From: an uncultured Pseudomonadales bacterium
GTDB taxonomy: Bacteria; Pseudomonadota; Gammaproteobacteria; Pseudomonadales; UBA7434
Direction: 5' to 3'
Length of the DNA: 64,000 nucleotides
Assembly: GCA_905478995.1 (NCBI GenBank)
Contig: CAJQKT010000023.1
Span: forward strand, 44,961 to 108,960
Shown here: positions 9,945-21,421 of the stretch, one piece after another
Position numbering within the stretch: the stretch's first letter is position 1
How the letters are laid out: each line of letters begins with the position of its first letter
Notes under the pieces: model-generated
What the model was told of the DNA's origin: nothing
The model's database searches: none
Seen by the model: only the letters and a program-made list of their open reading frames with translations
Position numbers and translations under genes: made by a program

Positions 9945-10093
9945 ACTGTCATTATGACCTGTGAGGCGCCGTTGTGGCGATAGCTAATATGACTATTATC
10001 GGCTGCGCTGCGGGATGCCGTTGCGTAAGCTAGTCGCTGCAGCTGAAAATCCTTAATCGGGCTTAATGGAGTTGCTGTGATCACTTTGCAGAC

Positions 10094-10576
10094 TCAATTT
10101 TTATCGATGTATTTCGATTCGGTGATTTTTAAATAGAGCTCGTTATTATTGTGCGCGCTTCGAATACTTTGCCGTATATCGGGCGCGCTGAGTAATTCTG
10201 CCAGTGCAGCGAGTATTTCCAAATGTTCATCCAGAGCATCTTCGGGCACAATTAATGCGCATAGCATGTTTGAAAGATGTTGGTCTCGCGCGTCAAAATC
10301 GACATCTTCGGTCAGTGTGATGAGTGCGCATAGTGGCCTGGTACAGCCACTAATGCGGCAGTGTGGCAGTGCAACGCCGTGCTCAAGGGCTGTGCTGCCT
10401 AGCTTTTCACGTGCGCTTAGAGCCTCGAGAATGACATCTTGGTTGAGTTCGGAATCGGACTCGGCAAACACTCCTGCACACAGTTCAAGCGCTTTTTTTT
10501 TGCTGCTTGCTTGTTGGTTCAGGCGAATTCTCTGTGGGGACAAGACTTCGCGGATCAGCGTGCTTCTATTTTTCAA
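10094..10576 (-). CDS. ptsN: PTS IIA-like nitrogen regulatory protein PtsN
   Basis: 160-aa EIIA(Ntr)-type sequence with the GVALPHCR active-site His region, in the conserved position downstream of hpf. Confidence 0.85.
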   Translation of the reverse strand: MKNRSTLIREVLSPQRIRLNQQASSKKKALELCAGVFAESDSELNQDVILEALSAREKLGSTALEHGVALPHCRISGCTRPLCALITLTEDVDFDARDQHLSNMLCALIVPEDALDEHLEILAALAELLSAPDIRQSIRSAHNNNELYLKITESKYIDKN

Positions 10577-10639
10577 GGCAATAGTTCAACAGGGAGGCTA
10601 TAGGTTTATCGGCAATGCAGTGCAGATTGATGAGGAGTA

Positions 10640-10966
10640 TTACTCTTCATCAGGAATCTGCTTCACACTATTTCGTTTGTTTTTTCCTTGAATTTTTTCT
10701 TTGTGCTTAATGACCTGTCTATCCAGCTTGTCTGCTAGGCCATCAATCGCAGCGTACATGTTCTCATCATGATCGTTAGCAAACAAGTCGGCGCCTGATA
10801 CGTGTACTGAGGCCTCTGCCTTTTGCACTAGTTTTTCGACAATGAGCGTTACATCGATGTGCGTGATATTATCAAAGTGACGCTCCAGGCGCCCTAGCTT
10901 ATTTGTGACGTATTCTCTTAATGAATCGGTTACTTCAACATGGTGACCACTGACGTTGATGCGCAT
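10640..10966 (-). CDS. hpf: Ribosome hibernation promoting factor
   Basis: MRINVSGHHVEVTDSLREYV matches the HPF/YfiA N-terminus. I chose the ATG at 10966 because AAGGAG sits 6 nt upstream; the track's TTG at 10972 directly abuts that SD. Confidence 0.85.
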   Translation of the reverse strand: MRINVSGHHVEVTDSLREYVTNKLGRLERHFDNITHIDVTLIVEKLVQKAEASVHVSGADLFANDHDENMYAAIDGLADKLDRQVIKHKEKIQGKNKRNSVKQIPDEE

Positions 10967-11402
10967 GAGCAACTCCTTAAATTGATGAGAGAGATTGTTT
11001 GGGTGCAGAGAGGCAAAAAGCTGAATATGTTGGCTGCTGCATTTGATAACGCAGCAATAATATTGCGGGGATTTTTCTAGTTAATTGGGTTCTAATTAGC
11101 AAGTTAAAGGCAGAGAGGCTATGGCTGCAGCGGCTTAGTCGAGATAGGATACTCAGGGTTTTTATAACGTAACGCTCCTATAGCCCACTAATATAATTAA
11201 CCATACATCTGCTAAAAAATAGCAGCGTAATCAATACCAATCCCTTTTACGCGGGCTTCAAATACTGATTAATCAGCTGAGAAGCCACTGCAATCCATGG
11301 TTAAAATCGTACCGTAAAAGCCTGGTTAAGCCAACTGATATTTTGTTTTTTTAAATATAAATTATTTTTAGGACTATTGGCCGGCACAATTTTGATATTG
11401 GT

Positions 11403-12926
11403 CTATAACAAGCGCTTTCGTTCGTTGGAGGGAGCTATTGACATAGACTCGCGGTATTTTGCTATGGTGCGCCGCGCTACTTTAATCCCTTTCTCATCTA
11501 AGACTTTGGCTATCTTGTTATCACTCAGAGGCTTACGCGTATCTTCTGCGGCAACTAACTTTTTAATGATAGCGCGGATTGCTGTAGAGGAAAATTCTCC
11601 GCCTTCTGCCGTTGCCACATGGCTTGAGAAAAAATATTTTAGTTCAAATATTCCGCGCGGCGTGTGCATATATTTTCTGGTAGTTACCCGAGAAACGGTC
11701 GATTCATGCATGTCTACATCGCGAGCTATATCCGCTAATATTAGCGGCTTCATCATTTCTTCGCCTTGCTCAATAAATTCTTTTTGGTGAGCAACAATTT
11801 TTGAGGCAACTTTGAGCAAGGTTTCGTTACGGCTATGTAGGCTTTTAAGAAACCATTTTGCTTCTTGCAAGTTGTCCTTTAAAAAGTTGTTATCAGCGCC
11901 ATTGTCAGCGCGTTTAATTAAGCCTGCATATTGGCTATTGATTTTAATTTTTGGCGCAATACTTGGGTTGAGTTCGACGACCCATTTTTTTTCATCTTTT
12001 TTTACATAGACATCAGGCACGATGTATTCTGCGGTATTTTCCTCATACCAATCGCCTGGTTTTGGATTGAGGCTGCGAATGAGCTCTATGACTTCACCTA
12101 GCTCTTTTTCTTTTAGTCGCGTGCGGCGCATGAGCTGGGTGAAATCGCGGGCAGCTAGCAGTGGCAAGTGCCGATGAATAATCATTGCAGCTTGTTCGCG
12201 CCAGGGGGTATCGGCAGGATATTGTGCGAGCTGCACCATCAGGCAGTCTTGAAGATTGAGGCTGGCAACGCCTAAGGGGTCAAATTGTTGAATTCTGTGT
12301 CGCACGGCCTCTATTTCATCGAGCTCAATCTCAAACTCAGGATCGAAACTGGCTAGCAGATCTTCGCAAGTAGTGGACAAAAGACCGCTGGGCAGCAGCG
12401 CATCAATAATCGTTTCGGCAATCAGTCGATCGGTATCGCTCATAGGGGTCAGATTGAGCTGCCATTCAAGATGCTCACTTAATGATTCGCTGTGCGCCTC
12501 TCTGTTTTCTAGGTCGGGCATTTCGTTAAATGGCTGGCTGGTGTTTTGTCCGGGGCTGGCAGGTAGTGCTGAGGTGTAGATTTCGTCCCATTTGGTATCG
12601 ATAGGCAAATCTTCAGGGATGTTCTCTTGCCAGTCAGAGTTTTCATCCGCGGTCTCGCCTGCGCTATCTGCAGCTAGAGTCAGCGTGCTCTCGTCGGCGC
12701 TGTTAGCGGAGGTATCGCCGGTAGCATTTTGCTCTTGCTCGGCCTCGCCGGATTCACTCACGCCCTCTGAATCTTCAGAGACCTCCAGCATGGGGTTGCT
12801 TTCAAGAATGGACTGAATTTCTTGCTCTAAATCGAGTGTTGATAGCTGGAGCAGCTTGATCGCCTGTTGCAGCTGCGGGGTCATCGTTAAGCTTTGACCC
12901 AATTTTAGCTGTAGCGATTGCTTCAT
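11403..12926 (-). CDS. rpoN: RNA polymerase sigma-54 factor RpoN
   Basis: Gln/Leu-rich region I (MKQSLQLKLGQSLTMTPQLQQAIKLLQLS), an acidic linker, and the RpoN box ARRTIAKYR near the C-terminus. Confidence 0.95.
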   Translation of the reverse strand: MKQSLQLKLGQSLTMTPQLQQAIKLLQLSTLDLEQEIQSILESNPMLEVSEDSEGVSESGEAEQEQNATGDTSANSADESTLTLAADSAGETADENSDWQENIPEDLPIDTKWDEIYTSALPASPGQNTSQPFNEMPDLENREAHSESLSEHLEWQLNLTPMSDTDRLIAETIIDALLPSGLLSTTCEDLLASFDPEFEIELDEIEAVRHRIQQFDPLGVASLNLQDCLMVQLAQYPADTPWREQAAMIIHRHLPLLAARDFTQLMRRTRLKEKELGEVIELIRSLNPKPGDWYEENTAEYIVPDVYVKKDEKKWVVELNPSIAPKIKINSQYAGLIKRADNGADNNFLKDNLQEAKWFLKSLHSRNETLLKVASKIVAHQKEFIEQGEEMMKPLILADIARDVDMHESTVSRVTTRKYMHTPRGIFELKYFFSSHVATAEGGEFSSTAIRAIIKKLVAAEDTRKPLSDNKIAKVLDEKGIKVARRTIAKYRESMSIAPSNERKRLL

Positions 12927-13184
12927 ATTGTACTTAGGCTCATTGTGTGAACGGTGTTTTGGCTATGATATTGGGTAGATTACCTATGCTGGTATTGCCA
13001 AGAGAGACACTCTCAGGACAATCACATTAAACCAAAGTGTAGCCCTGAGATCGTCGTTAGGCAAGAGTGGTGCCAACATTTAAAAAGCTTGACTTTTTAA
13101 CGGTTTGTAAGGGAAGTTCTGCTCAGAGGCCATGCAAAAAGTGGCTAAGCAAGAAATCAGGGGGCTTAGGCTTGGAGTATGAGG

Positions 13185-13922
13185 TTACAGGTTGAACTCA
13201 TGACCTAAATAGATATCGCGCACTTTTTGGTTTGCCAATATGTTCTCGGTTTTACCTTCGGCGATAACTTCTCCCTCCCCCACAATATAAGCCCATTCGC
13301 ACAAATCGAGCGTTTCGCGAACATTGTGGTCGGTGATGAGTACGCCAATACCTCGATCGCGCAATTGATAGACAATATTTTTAATGTCATTGACTGAAAT
13401 GGGGTCTACCCCGGCAAAGGGCTCATCCAGCAACAAAAACTGCGGATCGCTTGCAAGCGCGCGAGCAATCTCAACACGGCGACGCTCGCCGCCCGACAGT
13501 GACATGCCCATACTGTTGCGAATGGCCTCAAGCTTAAATTCACTGATTAATTCATTGGTTCGTGTGATGCGCTGCTTGCGGGTAAGGGTGGGGCGTGTTT
13601 CGAGAATAGCCAGTATATTTTCATAGACGGTGAGCTTGCGAAATACTGACGCCTCTTGCGGCAAATAGCCAAGACCTAGCTGTGCACGTTTATGCATAGG
13701 CTTATTGGTCAGGTCCTGAACATCACCATTGTCTTCAATGGTGATGCGGCCGCTATCAGCCGAGACGATGCCGGCAATCATATAAAAGCAGGTGGTTTTG
13801 CCTGCGCCGTTAGGGCCAAGTAGGCCCACAATTTGACCGCTGTGTAGCTCTAGCGAAACATCCGTAATGACGCTGCGCTTGCGATAGGACTTAGCCAGGT
13901 TGGCTGCTTTAAGAATACTCAA
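13185..13922 (-). CDS. lptB: LPS export ABC transporter ATPase LptB
   Basis: Walker [10 protein letters not shown], signature [15 protein letters not shown], Walker B LLLDEP. The start codon is TTG. Confidence 0.93.
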   Translation of the reverse strand: MSILKAANLAKSYRKRSVITDVSLELHSGQIVGLLGPNGAGKTTCFYMIAGIVSADSGRITIEDNGDVQDLTNKPMHKRAQLGLGYLPQEASVFRKLTVYENILAILETRPTLTRKQRITRTNELISEFKLEAIRNSMGMSLSGGERRRVEIARALASDPQFLLLDEPFAGVDPISVNDIKNIVYQLRDRGIGVLITDHNVRETLDLCEWAYIVGEGEVIAEGKTENILANQKVRDIYLGHEFNL

Positions 13923-14062
13923 TTTTTTTTCCGTAGTAGTCTGTCAAGATGCTAGATCTAATGTCGAAAAACCCGCGGTGAGGTGCCCCGGCATTTTCTT
14001 TTTACATGATTAGAACATTTTGTTTGGCTGAGACGACCTTGTAATGATTGCCTTGCCTTTTT

Positions 14063-14728
14063 TTAGTCGCCAGTATTAAAGAGAATGCCTGCGCCGGGGG
14101 TGATCACAGTGCGAACTCGATCACTTTTTCCTGATGTTTTTTCTCCACCGGCTTGTGCTTTGACGCGTTTTTCAGCGATGAAATATTCTATTAGCTCACC
14201 GCTAACGCTTGAGCCTTGTTGCACCAGTGAGGCGCTATTTTTTAGTATGACGATGCCGGGTTTTAATTGGTAGTCAATTTTCTGAGCTTGGGCAATAATG
14301 CTATCGGCTGGGGTGGTTGCCTGATGGGTAAAAATAGCAGGCTTGCCACTGGCCGATATTTTCTCGACAGATCGCTTGTCTGAACTGCCGACACTAATAA
14401 TATGAACCAGATCAGCTTTGATGGAAAGGGCTCCCTGAACAATCGCCACGTTGCCCTTGTAGGTGGTTATACCAAGCTTTTCGTCTTGCTCTGCGCTATC
14501 AGCTTCAATTGAGATAGGAGCCTGGGGTTTGGCTTGTGTTTCTTCTGGTGGGCTTGCTATTGTTTGCGCGTAGCTTTTAGAAGCAGAAAATAGCATTACC
14601 AACACCAGTAAAGCGAGCAGCGTTGTGTATGTTCGTGGTTTTTTTTGAGAAAAAAAAGTTGCAAACGAAAGCGTTTTTGCTCGTTTACTAGCATGCGTTT
14701 GTGAGTGGGTTGTTTTTTTATAGTGCAT
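14063..14728 (-). CDS. lptA: LPS transport periplasmic protein LptA (start uncertain)
   Basis: OstA-like sequence (ISIEADSAEQDE...YKGNVAIVQGALSIKADLVHI) with a signal-peptide-like LLALLVLVMLFSASKSYA. It lies between lptC and lptB. Confidence 0.75.
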   Translation of the reverse strand: MHYKKTTHSQTHASKRAKTLSFATFFSQKKPRTYTTLLALLVLVMLFSASKSYAQTIASPPEETQAKPQAPISIEADSAEQDEKLGITTYKGNVAIVQGALSIKADLVHIISVGSSDKRSVEKISASGKPAIFTHQATTPADSIIAQAQKIDYQLKPGIVILKNSASLVQQGSSVSGELIEYFIAEKRVKAQAGGEKTSGKSDRVRTVITPGAGILFNTGD

Positions 14729-14747
14729 AAGTTTTTCAATTAAATCA

Positions 14748-15440
14748 TTAGGGTTGGATGACGCTTTTGACTTTAGACATGAGCTTCCATCGCTGGTCGG
14801 TTAGGTTACCTTGTAGTCCATGCGAAGTGGTTGATGACTTTAGCCCCACGATTTCAACGTCTTCGCGCGTTAAGATTTGCTTAGATTCGGTAAGTAGCAA
14901 CAGCTTTTCGGTAAGTAAAAGAGCATCATTGCTGATGTCTCTGAGTCTGACATTGCCAATAAGTTCTGTGTTTTGATTGGCCTCATCGGTTACAGCAGAA
15001 TTGGCATTGAGTTGTGCTATGACTCGCCCTTCACTAAATACTTTTATGTTGGGCTGGTTGGCTTTGACAATAACTTTATATTTGTTGTCGTTTTTACTAA
15101 ACAAAGGTGATGAATCGTCAAAACTATCATCCTCGTCGACTGCGCCGATGGGTTTTAGCTGGGTAAAGTATTCTGCGCGTCCGCTAGTAAATTGATGGCT
15201 GATATTGCCGTCACTATCAAAGTGTTTTATCAATAAGTCTGTGCCAATCCGGTCGGCCGTATCAATGCCATTATTGTTGAAGGCCGAGTCATTAGCGTTG
15301 GGTTGAAATATTTGTGGTGGCGCTATGCCTAAGTTGACCATATACGCAATAACAACGAGCAGGCTTAGGGCGCCTGTGATGGCACTAATATTCTTTGGTA
15401 GTCGTCTGCGTTCTTTGTTCATTGTTTGTGTGCTGTTCAA
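14748..15440 (-). CDS. lptC: LPS export system protein LptC
   Basis: N-terminal anchor (ITGALSLLVVIAYMV) plus a beta-rich periplasmic domain. The kdsC-lptC-lptA position is conserved. Confidence 0.7.
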   Translation of the reverse strand: MNSTQTMNKERRRLPKNISAITGALSLLVVIAYMVNLGIAPPQIFQPNANDSAFNNNGIDTADRIGTDLLIKHFDSDGNISHQFTSGRAEYFTQLKPIGAVDEDDSFDDSSPLFSKNDNKYKVIVKANQPNIKVFSEGRVIAQLNANSAVTDEANQNTELIGNVRLRDISNDALLLTEKLLLLTESKQILTREDVEIVGLKSSTTSHGLQGNLTDQRWKLMSKVKSVIQP

Positions 15441-15449
15441 GGGCGCGGA

Positions 15450-15989
15450 TTATAAGTAGCGGGCAATGACATCGTCATAGTAGCCGTTGGCAGTTAATAA
15501 AATATCGGCCACCTCTCTTACTGCGCCACTACCGCCGCTATTGCTACAGACCCAGTCTGCGTGTTGTTTGATGGCGGGATAGGCGTTGGCGACGGTGATG
15601 CCAAACCGGCAAAATCTTATTGCTGCGAGGTCAGGTAAGTCATCGCCCACATAGGCGGTCTGTTCTTTTGAGAGGTTGAGCTGGGCCAGTAGTTCCATGA
15701 GCGCAGTGAGTTTATCTTCGCGACCCTGTACAACATGTTTGATGCTTAGTTCGGTTGCGCGCTGCTCAACAATCGCCGAGCTTCTGCCGGTGATGATGGC
15801 GCATTCGATCCCGCAATCGCGCAGTAGCTTGATGCCTAGTCCATCGAGTATAGAAAAACTTTTGAGGGATTCACCCTGCTGCCCAAAGTACAATTTCCCA
15901 TCAGTCATAACACCGTCGACATCTAGCGCGAGCAGCTTAATGCCGCGTGCTTTGGCTAGTGTGTTTGCATCGGCCTCTTTTTGCTTCAT
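15450..15989 (-). CDS. kdsC: 3-deoxy-D-manno-octulosonate 8-phosphate phosphatase KdsC
   Basis: HAD motif LLALDVDGVMTDGKLYF and a size of 179 aa, downstream of kdsD. Confidence 0.85.
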   Translation of the reverse strand: MKQKEADANTLAKARGIKLLALDVDGVMTDGKLYFGQQGESLKSFSILDGLGIKLLRDCGIECAIITGRSSAIVEQRATELSIKHVVQGREDKLTALMELLAQLNLSKEQTAYVGDDLPDLAAIRFCRFGITVANAYPAIKQHADWVCSNSGGSGAVREVADILLTANGYYDDVIARYL

Positions 15990-16057
15990 GTCTTATTTGC
16001 TCAAGTGGTTATGGTGTCAATTGAGAAGAACGAGTTGCGCAGCGTTTAATCTATTGA

Positions 16058-17014
16058 TTAAGCGATGCCCGCACGTATCAATGCATGCAGATGCACCACC
16101 GCGCAAGGTTGATCGTTTTCATCAACGACAACCAAGCAGCTGATTCGATTGTCTTGCATTATTTTCAAAGCCTCGGCGGCCAGCTTGTTGGGGGTGACCG
16201 TTTTGCTGCCGATGGTCATCACACCTTTGATTTGTGTGGCATGGATGTCGTGGCGTTGATCGATGGTACGGCGCAAGTCGCCATCGGTGAACAGCCCGCA
16301 TAGTTTGCCATTGTCGACTACAGTGGTCATACCTACGCCTTTATTGGATATTTCATAAAGCGCATCGCTCAGCAGCGTGTTGGGTCCAACCTGCGGGAAG
16401 TCTGTTTGCATCACATCGGCGACTTTAAGCAGCAGGCGTTTGCCCAGCGCTCCGCCGGGATGAGAAAAAGCAAAATCTTCAGCGGTAAAGCCTCGTGCTT
16501 CTAACAGCGCGACGGCTAGTGCATCGCCCATGACTAAGGTTGCCGTGGTGCTGGAGGTCGGTGCGAGGCCTAGCGGGCAAGCTTCTTGGGCAACACTCAC
16601 ATCGAGGTTGGCGTCCGCGGCTTTGGCTAATCGCGACAATGGATTGCCCGTAATCGCTATCAGCGGCGCCCCCATGCGCTTGATTAGCGGTAGCAGCGAA
16701 ATAATTTCTTCGGTTGAGCCTGAGCCCGAGATGGCAATGACTGCATCGTTGTTTGTAAGCATGCCCAAGTCGCCATGACTGGCTTCGCCTGCGTGCATGA
16801 AAAATGCTGGACTGCCGGTGCTGGCTAAGGTGGAGGCAATTTTGTTGGCAATGTGGCCTGATTTGCCCACGCCAGTGACTACGATTCTGCCGCGGCTTTG
16901 CAGTAGGATTTCGCAAGCACGCGAAAATGTCCCGTCGATGCGTTTTTCAAGTGCGGTTATTGACTCAGATTCGATACTGATGGTTCTGAGTGCCGATTCA
17001 ATAAAACTACTCAT
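16058..17014 (-). CDS. kdsD: Arabinose-5-phosphate isomerase KdsD
   Basis: SIS domain (GVGKSGHIANKIASTLASTGSPAFF) followed by tandem CBS domains. I set the start at ATG 17014 (MSSFIESAL...), giving 318 aa; the longer track ORF adds 45 non-homologous residues. Confidence 0.9.
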   Translation of the reverse strand: MSSFIESALRTISIESESITALEKRIDGTFSRACEILLQSRGRIVVTGVGKSGHIANKIASTLASTGSPAFFMHAGEASHGDLGMLTNNDAVIAISGSGSTEEIISLLPLIKRMGAPLIAITGNPLSRLAKAADANLDVSVAQEACPLGLAPTSSTTATLVMGDALAVALLEARGFTAEDFAFSHPGGALGKRLLLKVADVMQTDFPQVGPNTLLSDALYEISNKGVGMTTVVDNGKLCGLFTDGDLRRTIDQRHDIHATQIKGVMTIGSKTVTPNKLAAEALKIMQDNRISCLVVVDENDQPCAVVHLHALIRAGIA

Positions 17015-17336
17015 GTCGCTTCTATTACTAGGTGGATGAGGACCGAAGTTAACTGGGTCATTGATGCCGCGCCAGCTAATAGCGCTATTGACGCTTGAAA
17101 CGGGCCCAGCATGGTGACATGCGATCAGGTTAACGTTGTTAGCACCCAATCAGCCCACATTGTAATTGCAAGGGCGCTAATGCGCTCGTGATTAGTTGGC
17201 AGTGCGGCTTTGCTGGGCATGAATGGCGGGTGCCAAATTAGGAGTCCGGGCGGCCATTAGGTCAGCGACGGGATGGTTTAGACGCTGCTAGCGTCAAATA
17301 CTGGCTGTTGCTCGCTTTTGTTTGTTGCTGCGGCGG

Positions 17337-18326
17337 CTAGTGATTTTGAGCCACGATAACGGCATAGTAGCCAATATAAATAAGCAGGAATACGATGCCC
17401 GACGGCTTGCCAATAAAGCCCGAGTAGCCACGACTTTCGCGGGTTTTAAATATAATAATGCCTATTAAAAGGGCCGTCATCGCTACCATCGTTACGGTGT
17501 CGCGGCCAAATACCTGTAGGTCAAGTGATGTGGGCATTAGGAGCCCAGGTAGAGCCATTACAATAAGAATGTTGAGGATATTTGAGCCTATGATGTTGCC
17601 AATAGCCATTTCATGGTGGCCCTTAATGGCGCTAGTAATCGATGCTGCCAGCTCCGGCAAGCTGGTGCCAAGTGCCACGACGGTCAGGCCAATGATCAGC
17701 GGGCTGACGTTAAAGAACTCCGCCAGTGAGGAGGCGGCTTCAACAAGAAAGTCGGCGCTGATCAATAGCACCACTAGGCCGCCTAGCAGCCATAAAAACG
17801 ATTGTTTTAGCGATAAGTCGGGTATCTCCTCATCGTCAACGGGGTAGTTTTCATCGGCACGGGCTTGTTTATGTAATTTTAAGTCGATCATCAAGATCAC
17901 CGGAAGTGCGAAGGCGCAGCCAATCAAAACAATGCCTTCATAGCGCTCAAGTTGGTGGTCAAATAAAAATAGTGCTGCCAGCACCGTTGCTGCAGCCAGT
18001 AGTGGTACTTCGAGCCGATTGAGCCAGCGTGATACGGGCAGCTTGGCAAAGAGAGCCGTAACGCCCAGCACCAGGCCAATGTTGGCAATGTTGGAGCCAA
18101 TAGCGTTGCCCACGCCCAGCGCAGGTACGCCCTCAAGTGCCGCGCCGGCTGAAACAACAATTTCAGGCGCTGAGGTGCCAAATGCTACGACGGTAAGGCC
18201 AATTAAGCCGGGCGTCATGCCTAAATGTTTGGCCAATGAGGCGCTGCCACCCACAAAATAATGTGAGCTCCAAATTAGCCCAGTTAGAGCGAGCAAGAAA
18301 ACGAGCGATGCAATGAGAGGTGTCAT
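17337..18326 (-). CDS. yrbG: Calcium/sodium antiporter (YrbG family)
   Basis: A polytopic membrane protein with two Na_Ca_ex alpha-repeats (GTSAPE and GTSLPE), upstream of kdsD as in E. coli. Confidence 0.8.
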   Translation of the reverse strand: MTPLIASLVFLLALTGLIWSSHYFVGGSASLAKHLGMTPGLIGLTVVAFGTSAPEIVVSAGAALEGVPALGVGNAIGSNIANIGLVLGVTALFAKLPVSRWLNRLEVPLLAAATVLAALFLFDHQLERYEGIVLIGCAFALPVILMIDLKLHKQARADENYPVDDEEIPDLSLKQSFLWLLGGLVVLLISADFLVEAASSLAEFFNVSPLIIGLTVVALGTSLPELAASITSAIKGHHEMAIGNIIGSNILNILIVMALPGLLMPTSLDLQVFGRDTVTMVAMTALLIGIIIFKTRESRGYSGFIGKPSGIVFLLIYIGYYAVIVAQNH

Positions 18327-18929
18327 AGTCGATGGGGTAGGTAAACTTTAATGGTTAAGCTCATAGCTATAGGTGAACAGCAGCTGGCTGTGCTTTGTTC
18401 AGTTTAGTGGGTTTGGCACAACAACCCTCGTCATTCTAATGGCATGAGGGCGTCTTACATTTATAAAAATGGTACTTATTTTCACGCTTTTTGGTAATTG
18501 CTACAAAGCCATCTTTGAGACAACGTGCGAAAATAGCGACGTTGTGTCTTTCCACCCAATTTTAATCAGTTTGGTAGTGGGCGCTCAACAGCCGCGAACA
18601 TTGGCTGCTAGTTGCTGTCGATATTAGAAGCTTTGTTTGATTTGCTGCCGATTATTGCCCTGTTACTCAGCCTATGCTCGATGCACGAAGGCTCTGAGGG
18701 TGCCTGGCAGCTACTGATAACTGATGTGCAAGACTCAGAGGCACGCTTTGCTTTGCGTACTCAAGTGCAAAAGACTATACCGCAGTCAGGTAACAGACTC
18801 AAACGTAACGACTGCAAACTGTGTTAATTGGCTTTTGTGCTTACTGGACACCAGGCAGGCTTGGGCAGCGCAATTAACGTTATAGAATAATCAGCGGTTT
18901 TTTGCGTGAAAAATCGCAAGGCGATATTT

Positions 18930-19676
18930 ATGAAAGTATTTCAAAAAAGTAAATGGCTGGGCATGGTTGCATTGATAGGGCTGCTAGCGGCGGGTGGCAG
19001 TGCAGTCGTTGTGGCGCAAGAGCAGCAAGAGTCACTGGTAAGCGGCATTGAAGCCTCTGTAGATGTAGGCCTTTCGCAAAACCTGATGGCGGCCCATCAA
19101 TTGGTTCAAAGTACTACGACTGATTTGATTGAATTGATTGAGCAAGCGCAAACCTATGTCGATGATGATCAGCCGCGGTTTTATCAAGCTCTAGGTGAAT
19201 TGCTAAAACAATATGTCGATTTCGAATCTTTTTCACGCGCAGTTATGGGTAAGTATGCCAGCACTAAGCGGTTTGCAAGTTTATCTGCCGAGGAGCAACA
19301 GCAGCTTGAGATGCAGGTTAGTCGATTTAATGGGGTGTTCACCGGCGCACTGATCAATACCTATGGTAAAGGTCTTTTAGTTTTTGAAGGTGAGCGCATA
19401 GAGGTTTTATTGCCTTCTATAGAGGATGAGGCCTACGCATTAAAGGGCAAGGCAAGGATTAAGCAATTGATCTTTGGCGATCGGGTTGAGCCCTATGTTA
19501 TTTACTATTCTTTGCGAAAAAATTCAGATGACGCATGGCGTATTCGAAACATGATTATTGAGTCATCGAACCTTGGCAAAATATACCGCAATCAGTTTGA
19601 TAATGCCTACAAGGTGTATGATGGTGACATCGACCGCGTTATCGAAAATTGGGTCGTGGGCACCGAAACCGAATAA
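18930..19676 (+). CDS. mlaC: MlaC/Ttg2D-family periplasmic phospholipid-binding protein
   Basis: Signal peptide MKVFQKSKWLGMVALIGLLAAGGSAVVVA. HQLVQSTTTDLI and WRIRNMIIESSNLGKIYRNQF...DIDRVIENW align by eye with Pseudomonas Ttg2D (HEVVQSTTNELL, WKVRNVIVNGINIGKLFRDQF...DLDKTIDGW, recalled from memory). Confidence 0.75.
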   Translation: MKVFQKSKWLGMVALIGLLAAGGSAVVVAQEQQESLVSGIEASVDVGLSQNLMAAHQLVQSTTTDLIELIEQAQTYVDDDQPRFYQALGELLKQYVDFESFSRAVMGKYASTKRFASLSAEEQQQLEMQVSRFNGVFTGALINTYGKGLLVFEGERIEVLLPSIEDEAYALKGKARIKQLIFGDRVEPYVIYYSLRKNSDDAWRIRNMIIESSNLGKIYRNQFDNAYKVYDGDIDRVIENWVVGTETE

Positions 19677-19737
19677 TTCTTTACGGCACCAAATAGCCGC
19701 CGCAGTTTTTTATAAACACTAACGTCAGATAGATATC

Positions 19738-19980
19738 ATGGAAAGTAAAATAGAAGATTTAATAAAAGAGCACCTGCAAAGTGATGTTCTTGAAGTGCAA
19801 ATGGCGGGTAACCATTGCTCGATCACAGTAGTAAGTGCCGAGTTCGAAGGGTTGATGCCTGTAAAACGTCAGCAAAAAATTTATCAGTGTCTTAATGAGT
19901 TGATTACTTCGGGTGAAATTCATGCCGTAAATATCAAAGCAATGACGCCACAGCAGTGGCAGGCTACGCTAGCGAGCTAG
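19738..19980 (+). CDS. ibaG: BolA-family protein IbaG
   Basis: 80-aa BolA-like protein immediately upstream of murA, which is the conserved position. Confidence 0.75.
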   Translation: MESKIEDLIKEHLQSDVLEVQMAGNHCSITVVSAEFEGLMPVKRQQKIYQCLNELITSGEIHAVNIKAMTPQQWQATLAS

Positions 19981-20088
19981 CTCGCCCATTATTATCAGTG
20001 GCGCTTTAAAGATGACGCTTATAGCGTTGCGAAAAAAGCGCTTGGCAATTCGGCCGTCTTGATCGTTCGCTACGATTATTATGCTTAA

Positions 20089-21366
<1,278 letters not shown>

Positions 21367-21421
21367 ATGGCTGGCGCTGTTGTTTAAAGATATTTTGTGG
21401 CTTGAGTGATAGGAGAGTTTT

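Noticed and set aside
11180-11260. Sigma-54-like promoter element (TGGTAT-N5-ACGCT on the minus strand) upstream of hpf
   Set aside because: Only the GG-N10-GC dinucleotides match. The flanking consensus (TGGCAC / TTGCW) is poorly matched, so this is too weak to call by eye.
11265-11276. 12-nt palindrome CTGATTAATCAG in the rpoN-hpf spacer as a possible operator
   Set aside because: 6-bp arms are expected by chance many times in 64 kb (about 64000 x 4^-6, roughly 16), so it carries no weight on its own.
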